A stretch of DNA of 64,000 nt from Fibrobacteria bacterium. Lineage in GTDB: Bacteria; Fibrobacterota; Fibrobacteria; UBA11236. Numbering within the stretch: position 1 is the first letter of the stretch; the number at the start of each line of letters is the position of its first letter. The translations under genes were made by a program, and so were the position numbers. The stretch is from positions 105,089 to 169,088 of the forward strand of contig JAYTSD010000043.1 of the NCBI GenBank assembly GCA_043745805.1. Direction: 5' to 3'. The notes below the pieces were generated by a model that worked only from the letters and a program-made list of their open reading frames with translations, had not been told where the DNA came from and made no database searches. Positions 31,901 through 38,753 of this stretch are shown here, piece after piece.

Positions 31901-32654
31901 ATCCGTTATTGGCAATCAATTTACCAGCTTGGGTATTCCGCCTTTTGATTTTCTGGGTTTGATTCGCAATTTAAGTAAAATGGATAAATCAGATAAAAAT
32001 TTTCTATGGCAAATTATCGATCTCATTGCTGGGAACATTTTAATTTTCGATTTAGGTAAATCATCATTCCTCTCTAAAAATGGATTTCAGGATATAAAGA
32101 GTGGTGAGGCTGCACAAAGCTTTAAGGCTAGGAATACTTCTTCCGTAAATGACCAAATGGGAACATCAGCAGTGACTGGAAACATAAGTAAACGATATTT
32201 TTCGAACGGAAATGTTTTATTTACTAATAATCAATGCCATTTAAATTTGTTCAATTTTAAAGAAGGAATGGCTTTAGCTGCCATTTTTGTTGGTAGCTTA
32301 GATGATATTGGATTTCACAACAATCAAACTGATTGTGATATTGATGATGATTTTCTATTAGTAAATACGTTTGTTTTTGGAATTTCTTTACGCGTTAGTG
32401 ACAATCATTTCACGGAAACTATTTCTAAGGCGATTTTTTCAGCAATGACTTTGGGCGTACAAAATATTACTACCGACAATGAATCCATTCATTGCCTAAT
32501 GGTTAAAGGGACTGCTTATCTTAGTAAACACAATTTGGTATTCACTGAAATAGCCACGGTTAATGGCGATATCAGTGAATATGTTGGCCCACATCTTTGT
32601 GATGACGGCAAAAGTTCATTTGATAATTTCGGCATGGTATTTCTTCCGGGATAA
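28935..32654 (+). CDS. DUF6519-domain protein with right-handed parallel beta-helix (putative fibre/tailspike)
   Basis: MKGDFS, QQGRVLLDRDWN, YTGFEHRLYRIEI, FKWS, CCTYRVGDG, many I-x-D/E-N-x-I repeats. Confidence 0.88.
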   Translation: MKGDFSAWNKDRAQNFRGVLHQQGRVLLDRDWNAQTEIFNEWQETAGRDAFGAGVAAVPAEVSQSFKITEAKIESGKIKISANKGRVWADGLLVESLQDITNRIATYLNLPPASVPNPAAHQRDTVILETWMDALNPFQVPSLLIEPALGGVDTTERVLTSTRFRLFRMEAGETCDSIIPMLKDDFSAKGKLTVKLNPNTSTDGDCPVIESGGYTGFEHRLYRIEIAETKKPDAYFKWSQFNGGLVGTGDFDVVNRKVTLHGNINAIQHSGLKDFYLEALEFDATLGAWNVAYAAKATLGPDHLLTLPADGVADEFLGKMMSGRKFFRLWNGIAAIANFAAADKDLPDLVGIKLKFDSVLANKYTPADFWTFEVRAGGLGNPAVLLGDPVTFAGSPPQGIFYHRVPLAELMWTSNVITGDQIEDCRRVFQPLTKQKTCCTYRVGDGIHSHGDFTKIQDAINALPKKEGGEVCVLPGYYEENIEIKAPHNRNIILKGCGPRTVIQFKTNAPVIHIHYGQNIRIESLAIVAHDEGMGIFLEGEEKSANHKNSEKYLKDIVLTELFVKAVKNSAIKGHLAQFLTLSNSIIHIKDFETKKVAVYLAGDDMLIERSEIRVLPEVITSQDNKTKISFDLLNKVNEMGNNSLEVENVGIRSRGGISDPFGVESNAKSGKTLPSDAEKKQSGNTDILNDLDFLLPSQGAAGGLQIGGGSDRVRIIDNLIVSGTGNGITLGSIDLIKNQVVITNHDPIEPKNPKKDCCFPDTGIVDEGDVTVEGAKQVAGPPLSDILIKDNRIFNMGRNGIGVVAFFSLGELDIKIKDKIDLKDKNSVMGLVSVTRLKIIENRIEQCMNISIGDIPEKFKWKIGYGGISLANTETLVIRDNTIVNNGPDFLEPICGIFILSGEGIEISRNHILNNGIANEKEVTSKSVKSGPRGGIFIARARQSNIELQQGFAHKSNFTRDFPAAKIQENIVSAPLGRSLTLFADGAVSVIGNQFTSLGIPPFDFLGLIRNLSKMDKSDKNFLWQIIDLIAGNILIFDLGKSSFLSKNGFQDIKSGEAAQSFKARNTSSVNDQMGTSAVTGNISKRYFSNGNVLFTNNQCHLNLFNFKEGMALAAIFVGSLDDIGFHNNQTDCDIDDDFLLVNTFVFGISLRVSDNHFTETISKAIFSAMTLGVQNITTDNESIHCLMVKGTAYLSKHNLVFTEIATVNGDISEYVGPHLCDDGKSSFDNFGMVFLPG

Positions 32655-32690
32655 GTTTAATTTTTTGAAATTTATAATTGAGGTTTGAAA

Positions 32691-33149
32691 ATGACTATAA
32701 AACAAAAAACTCGCCTTGAGCAAACGGCTGCTGAATTTGATAATATCGTATTAGCGCTCGATCAAGTTCGTACTCTGCAAATCGCAGATGGACATAGTCT
32801 TGAAAATGCGAAGGGCAATGTTTATGAAAGAGAACATGAACGTTTGTTGCGAAAATTTGGAAAAGAACATCCTCGTACCGTAGAAATGGGATTGCGAATC
32901 AAAGGCAATGAAAAATATAAAACGGCGATTATTGTAGAATACAAAAAAGCCTCTTCGTCGATTGAAAAAAAATCTCAGCGTCCAGCACCCCCTAATAATA
33001 CAGGCTCAAATAAATTTACCAAGGTTGCAGAAGCAAAGGTAACCGATGCCAAGGAAACAACGCCTTCTCCTGAATCTGGAAGAGAAGTTCCTAAAACATC
33101 GGTAACAAAAATAGTGAAGAAAACTGCCGCTAAGAAAAAGAAAAAATAA
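32691..33149 (+). CDS. eCIS hypothetical protein (ATG 32691 preferred over TTG 32685)
   Basis: GAGG RBS 7 nt upstream of ATG; REHERLLRKFGKEHPR helix; Lys-rich tail. Confidence 0.65.
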   Translation: MTIKQKTRLEQTAAEFDNIVLALDQVRTLQIADGHSLENAKGNVYEREHERLLRKFGKEHPRTVEMGLRIKGNEKYKTAIIVEYKKASSSIEKKSQRPAPPNNTGSNKFTKVAEAKVTDAKETTPSPESGREVPKTSVTKIVKKTAAKKKKK

Positions 33150-33194
33150 TTTTTACTAAAAATAAAGCAAATGGTTATGACATAGAGTAAAAGT

Positions 33195-36100
33195 ATGAAG
33201 GCATTGGTTTCAGAAAAAGCTGAGGTAGAGAAGGCTGGAAAAGTCTCAACTAGCCATAGCTCTGATAGTCTACAGCCAATTTTTGGATCCGCCAACCAAT
33301 CCTCTCCTTCTATATTTCGCAAAGCGACTTGTGCTTGCGGCGGTGGTTGTTCTAGTTGTCAAGCTTCTACGAATGATTTAAAAATATCTCAACCTAATGA
33401 TCCCGCAGAAATTGAAGCGGATCAAATAGCGGATAGGGTAATGCGCATGCCGAAGGAAAATGTTTCTTCGGATAGTAACATGCAACGGTCATCCAAAGTC
33501 GATGGAAATAATCTCCAACGAAAATCATTACCCTCAAGTAGTGGAATTATTTCTCAAAGTTCTGGGCATGTGCAAAATGCCATGCAAAGTGGTGGTCGTC
33601 CTTTAGAGCTTGGCACTCGTAATTATTTTGAACCAAGATTAGGTTATGATTTAAGTTCCGTCCGTCTGCATACGGATGCAAAAGCGAATGAGTCGGCTCA
33701 TGCTCTCAATGCAAAGGCTTATACCGTTGGCAAAGATATTGTATTCGGGCGCGATGAATACAAAACAAATTCTGAGGGCGGGAATCGTTTATTGGCCCAT
33801 GAGCTTGCACATGTCACACAGAATAATTCTGTCATTCATCGGGATGAAAAACCCGATGCCGTAGTTGATCCTGTAGAAGTGAGGCTTGAAGGGCTCCCCG
33901 AAGACGGACTTAAATTAATGGCGAAGTCCACACGTGTGGATGCGAATATAATTGATAAGGAGATGGTAAAGAATGGAGATTTGGTTTTTCCCGAATTTGG
34001 GGTGCACGATAATCAAGGGAAAACCTGGGCCTGGATAAATGTGCCTAGTAGAAATGCAATAGATGTACCCATCAATAAACTTTATGCAAAAGATCGCAGG
34101 TTTAACTATCCAATTTTGCATGGATTTATTGAATTCAAATATTTGGGAAATATTACTATTCATATTACTATATATGCTAAACCACCGGTAAAGATAGATC
34201 CTCCGGCTCCGGTTTCTTTAGAACCCCCTAAACGAGATAAACCCGCTGCTCCTGAAACACAATCTGCCAAAGATTTGATCAATCATGAAACATCTTGGTA
34301 CCTAGAATTAAATGAGGAGGCGCTTGGAAAAAAGCTACTTGAATATGCAGATGGAGGAAATTTTTCTACACCCGATTCTGTACTTGAAGAGCTTGGTAGT
34401 AGTGATCGTGATGATGTCTCCTTTGAATTAATAAAGGCATCCAGCGAGGAACAGCTTTCGGGAATGGCAGAAACTGAACAGGGCAGAAAATTTTTAGATC
34501 GACTCTATGATGAATTAACCAGCGGATCTGCAGATGAAGCGGAAACGGTGCAGGCTGAGCGAATTCTCATGGCCAAGGCGCGTCGAATCGACCCGGAAAA
34601 ATTCATGAATGCGGATAAATATGCTATGGTTATTCCCTTTTCTGCTTCTGGATTTACCAAATTCAATTCAGCTTCACTTTCAGTTCATCGAATGGATAAT
34701 GGAAATATTTGGGTACGTAGCCATATGACAGGGGAACATTACCCGAATTCAAAAATTTCGCCTGAACATTATGCCATTATGTATTCGGGAATGGAAATGG
34801 ACCCTGATACAGTAGTTGGGCTTTATCTTTATGATGATGGAGGTAAAATCATTTATATGCCTGCACTCTACCTCCTTCAGCTTAGTAATAGTGAAACTAC
34901 TAAAATTGGTACTATGGCTGGTGAGGCATTTTTAACTGGCTTAACCCTTGGTGCTGGTGGTGAAGCTGTTGCCATTGCGGAAGGTGCAAATGCGTCGCGT
35001 GCAGCCATTTGGGGAGCTCGGGCATTTACGGTGCTTAAATGGACTGATAGAGCGGCTGCGGTTTTCGCTGCAGCAAGTACAATAATTAATGAGCATCGTG
35101 GTTGGATTATCGAAAAATTTGGCGAAGATGGACGTGAATTTCTAAAAGATTGGGCAAAAGTTGATCGCATTCTAATGATTTATGGGTTGGCAAGAGGTGC
35201 CGTTGCCTTAGGCCAAATGGGATGGGGTTTGCGGGCAAGCTACAAGAATTGGCGTTCGGCAGCTGATAAATTGGATGATTTGGCTGAAGATGAGAAAAAA
35301 ATAGTTAATGATTTAGCCTCAAATACGGAATCGACTATAGAGGAAATAGAAACTGCCCAAAACAATGCAGGCATGGGAACAAAAGCGGCTACCACCGATG
35401 CTGCAAAGCAAATGGATGAAGCTACTGATGATATTAAAGTTTTGAATAAAAATGATATTACCGTTTCTAATACTGGAAAAGCAACCGGTGAAGTTGAAGA
35501 GGCAGGAGCGGAGGTTGTTGAGCTTGACAAATACCGACAGCAAAAATCTTTAAAACAAAAAGCACGTCAGCCTGCTCAGCAAATGAAAAAAACCGGCACA
35601 GATGATACTGTGGCGGTAGCGCAAGATGCGCCGATTGCAGCTAATGACAATGTCGAAATAGTTTCTGATTCAACTACAACAACAACAGGTAATTCTACTC
35701 GTAACGCAAAAGTTACTCCTATTAATGGGCAACCGAAAGTTGACCTTTCTGAATTTACCAATGGTGCGAAGCTAGAAAAAGATAAATGGATTGGGAAAAA
35801 ATGGAAAAAAGGAGATCCCCTTCCTGAGGGTTATGTCAGCCTTGAAGATGGTGGAATACGAAGGGGTCCTGGATTTCGTGAAAAAAATTATGTACCCCTT
35901 GAAGTAAAAGAAGGAAAGCTTGTTGTGGGAACGGGTGGTGAACGCATAAGTAACCCCTCGGTAATGAATCGGAATTATAAGAAGGGATTGGCTCAAGATT
36001 TGGAAGTTAAAAATCCAAGTTGGTCAAAGGCAAGATTAGAAAAGGAAGTGGCAAAGGAAGTTGAAAAAAATGCCGTTCATCATTTAATACCTGATAATGT

Positions 36101-36467
36101 GGTTCAGGACCATCCTCTCGCTCAGGCGGCAAGAGATGTTGGATACGATCTGGACAATAGTGAAAATTTAATTGGGTTACCTAAATCCAAATCCCTCACC
36201 GATATTGAGGCAGGGGAAATGGGACATTGGACAAGCCATCCTCAATATGACAAGATTGTAAAGGACGAGCTCACAAAGGTTCAGAAATTATTGGAAAAAA
36301 AATTCGGAAGCCTAGACAAAGTTCCTAAGCAAAGATTAATGGATGCGATGAAAAATGTTGAAGAGAAACTTCAAAAACTTATTGAAGACGGTTTGGCTCC
36401 AATCAAAGATGGTCACCTCGCCGAAGAAGAACAGGAGGAATCCAAAAATCCATCTTCATTTGCCTAG
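33195..36467 (+). CDS. eCIS effector 1: DUF4157 + C-terminal AHH-type HNH nuclease
   Basis: FEPRLGYDLSSVRLH, AKAYTVGKDIVF, LLAHELAHV; C-terminal AVHHLIP...YDLDNSENLIGLP...GHWTSHPQY. Confidence 0.85.
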   Translation: MKALVSEKAEVEKAGKVSTSHSSDSLQPIFGSANQSSPSIFRKATCACGGGCSSCQASTNDLKISQPNDPAEIEADQIADRVMRMPKENVSSDSNMQRSSKVDGNNLQRKSLPSSSGIISQSSGHVQNAMQSGGRPLELGTRNYFEPRLGYDLSSVRLHTDAKANESAHALNAKAYTVGKDIVFGRDEYKTNSEGGNRLLAHELAHVTQNNSVIHRDEKPDAVVDPVEVRLEGLPEDGLKLMAKSTRVDANIIDKEMVKNGDLVFPEFGVHDNQGKTWAWINVPSRNAIDVPINKLYAKDRRFNYPILHGFIEFKYLGNITIHITIYAKPPVKIDPPAPVSLEPPKRDKPAAPETQSAKDLINHETSWYLELNEEALGKKLLEYADGGNFSTPDSVLEELGSSDRDDVSFELIKASSEEQLSGMAETEQGRKFLDRLYDELTSGSADEAETVQAERILMAKARRIDPEKFMNADKYAMVIPFSASGFTKFNSASLSVHRMDNGNIWVRSHMTGEHYPNSKISPEHYAIMYSGMEMDPDTVVGLYLYDDGGKIIYMPALYLLQLSNSETTKIGTMAGEAFLTGLTLGAGGEAVAIAEGANASRAAIWGARAFTVLKWTDRAAAVFAAASTIINEHRGWIIEKFGEDGREFLKDWAKVDRILMIYGLARGAVALGQMGWGLRASYKNWRSAADKLDDLAEDEKKIVNDLASNTESTIEEIETAQNNAGMGTKAATTDAAKQMDEATDDIKVLNKNDITVSNTGKATGEVEEAGAEVVELDKYRQQKSLKQKARQPAQQMKKTGTDDTVAVAQDAPIAANDNVEIVSDSTTTTTGNSTRNAKVTPINGQPKVDLSEFTNGAKLEKDKWIGKKWKKGDPLPEGYVSLEDGGIRRGPGFREKNYVPLEVKEGKLVVGTGGERISNPSVMNRNYKKGLAQDLEVKNPSWSKARLEKEVAKEVEKNAVHHLIPDNVVQDHPLAQAARDVGYDLDNSENLIGLPKSKSLTDIEAGEMGHWTSHPQYDKIVKDELTKVQKLLEKKFGSLDKVPKQRLMDAMKNVEEKLQKLIEDGLAPIKDGHLAEEEQEESKNPSSFA
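33318..33452 (+). repeat. Copy 1 of effector N-terminal repeat (CxCGGGCxxC-LKISQPND module)
   Basis: Similar DNA at 36711 and 38896. Confidence 0.85.
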
Positions 36468-36584
36468 TGCCAACAATAAAATAGTGGAATAACTTTAATT
36501 TTTTTTTAAAAAGTAATGATGGAAAATTTTAAACATCACAATGATATTAATTTCAATACCAAAATGATTTTGGCTTGAATTTTT

Positions 36585-38753
36585 ATGTTTAGTCAAACCA
36601 CAAAATTATCTGAACAAAAATCCGACTATAAAAGTAAGTCGCATGGAAGCAATTCAGATTATGGAAGAACTGAACAATTTAATAAAAACTCGTCTGAGCA
36701 CTTATTGTATCGCAAAGCAGCCTGTCCTTGTGGCGGCGGTTGTTCGACTTGTCAATCCTCCTCTAATGATTTAAAAATATCCCAACCTAATGACACAGCA
36801 GAAATTGAGGCTGATCAAATTGCGGATAAGGTAATGCGTATGCCTGCCGATATTCCCATGAAAGTAAATACTAATATTTCTGTAACGGATAAGTTACATG
36901 CGAAATGTGACACCTACGAGGAAGAGAAAAAAACCGAAACGATTTTTAGAAAAGAAGGATTTGATGCAGTAAGTAGTTCTGCTTCAATATATGAAAATTC
37001 TTCAGTAAAAAGCGTCGTTAATTCCAATGGCCGATCTCTTGATTCTGCAAGTCGATCATTTTTCGAGCCTCGATTTGGTCGAGATCTTGGCCATGTTCGA
37101 GTGCATAATGATTCCACAGCGGCCAATTCTGCTCGTGCTATAAATGCACGTGCCTATACAGTTGGGAGTAATATTGTTTTCGGTAAAGGTGAATATGGAC
37201 CTGAGCATGAAAGAGGCAGACATTTATTAGCGCATGAGCTTGCACATGTGATGCAACAGGAGGGCTCTTCATCGAAATTAGATCGCAGCGTTATTTATCG
37301 GCAACCTTTAAGCGACGAGCAACAAGACTTAAATAATATTGACATTGAGATTGAAATTTTGAGTGAGCAATTATTAGATCCAATGGCTGCGCCATTAATG
37401 ATGCGAATAAATTATTTACAACAACGAAAAGCCATTTTATTAAGTCGAACATCGGCAACAATACCACGAACACAGAAATCTCTCAATGAAGAAGCTGTTC
37501 GCCTAGGCACCAAGCAAGCTATTCGGCGAAATCTTTGGGATGATTTAGATAAAATTCCTTCTTGGATCATTGAGGATTGGTTGTCAACGGATTTAATTCA
37601 AAGTGTAACCAAAGAACTTAATCTTTATTGGGATTCGGATGAAAAGGCTTTTATTCGCAATCGGATTGTTGATGCAATTGAACACGATGTAATGAACAAC
37701 ATTGAGGCAAAGAGAATTTATAATGCAACGGTTTGGGACTTAACAGTAAATAGAAAAGTTGAAAAATCTTGGTTTAAAAAATCCATGGATGTTGTCTGTG
37801 ATTATACGAATCCCTGTCATGGTAACATGGAAGAATTTCATGCGGACATTGAAAGTGGAATGAGCGTAGAGGAAGCACGCAAACACGGACTCAATCGGAT
37901 ATTTGGATGGGGTTTGGAGCAATCTCTCTCTTTTGGTGGATCGAGTGAATCTGGAAGTAGTAATGGACCAAAATTGGAATTAGTACCAGGAAAATTTTCT
38001 AACCCTATTCCTGCAACATCAGAAATCACCGGTGGAAATCCAGGTATGATTCGTGAAAGTGTTCCTAAAATACCCATTCATCCGGAGCCTATATGGGAGC
38101 CCACTCCCATAACGAAGCCAAAAGCAGCTCCGGAAGCTTTACCTGAACATACTACTACATCGTCAGACAATACTGGGGTGGTTCGAGCATCCAAACCACC
38201 ACCAAAATTGAATCCTAATTCAACTAATAGTACTAATGAAAATCCACAACCCTTCCCCGTTCCACCCACAATCCGAATTAAACCTCCCGACGTTGATACT
38301 GATTTGGATAAAAAAAAGCGTCGGGGAAAATGCACTTATGAATCTATTGGCCAGCAATCAGGACGATTTCCATGTCATGCCGATTATGCGAAAAAATTAA
38401 GTGGCGTTCCGCGTGAAGTAAGAATTCAAAGTCCCGACGGAGAATCTGTGGATTTCGATGCAATGGATCATGGGAATACTTTGTATGAAGTTAAAACGGG
38501 GTATCGTTGGATAGCCTTCATGAGTGACGGACCGCGGAAGACTGAAATAATTACCAGGTTTTGGACACAAGCTATTTCTCAAATAATAGTCGCAGCAAGT
38601 TGTGGTCATCCGTTAATGTGGTATTTTAATGATCCCTATGCCGCTAGTTTTTTTGGGGCTGAGAATTCACCGTATCCGAATTACTTTCAGATTCATTTAC
38701 CCGTTCGGGTTTGGTATGTTCCCTTCAACTGCAAGGAGGATAGCGATGGCTGA
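36585..38753 (+). CDS. eCIS effector 2: DUF4157 + Tox-REase-5-like nuclease
   Basis: LLAHELAHV; C-terminal VDFDA...LYEVKTGY...QAISQ...LMWYF. Confidence 0.8.
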   Translation: MFSQTTKLSEQKSDYKSKSHGSNSDYGRTEQFNKNSSEHLLYRKAACPCGGGCSTCQSSSNDLKISQPNDTAEIEADQIADKVMRMPADIPMKVNTNISVTDKLHAKCDTYEEEKKTETIFRKEGFDAVSSSASIYENSSVKSVVNSNGRSLDSASRSFFEPRFGRDLGHVRVHNDSTAANSARAINARAYTVGSNIVFGKGEYGPEHERGRHLLAHELAHVMQQEGSSSKLDRSVIYRQPLSDEQQDLNNIDIEIEILSEQLLDPMAAPLMMRINYLQQRKAILLSRTSATIPRTQKSLNEEAVRLGTKQAIRRNLWDDLDKIPSWIIEDWLSTDLIQSVTKELNLYWDSDEKAFIRNRIVDAIEHDVMNNIEAKRIYNATVWDLTVNRKVEKSWFKKSMDVVCDYTNPCHGNMEEFHADIESGMSVEEARKHGLNRIFGWGLEQSLSFGGSSESGSSNGPKLELVPGKFSNPIPATSEITGGNPGMIRESVPKIPIHPEPIWEPTPITKPKAAPEALPEHTTTSSDNTGVVRASKPPPKLNPNSTNSTNENPQPFPVPPTIRIKPPDVDTDLDKKKRRGKCTYESIGQQSGRFPCHADYAKKLSGVPREVRIQSPDGESVDFDAMDHGNTLYEVKTGYRWIAFMSDGPRKTEIITRFWTQAISQIIVAASCGHPLMWYFNDPYAASFFGAENSPYPNYFQIHLPVRVWYVPFNCKEDSDG
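36711..36967 (+). repeat. Copy 2 of effector N-terminal repeat (~257 bp shared with copy 3)
   Basis: Colinear, high-identity match to 38896-39152 visible by eye. Confidence 0.9.

Noticed and set aside
8065-32654. Prophage or T6SS interpretation of the tail genes
   Set aside because: No capsid, portal, terminase, integrase or replication genes; no TssJLM/ClpV; has the eCIS markers DUF4255, Afp15-like ATPase and DUF4157
38629-38745. ORF-track start of effector 3 at 38629
   Set aside because: Would overlap effector 2 by 125 bp; a strong AAGGAGG RBS supports ATG 38746
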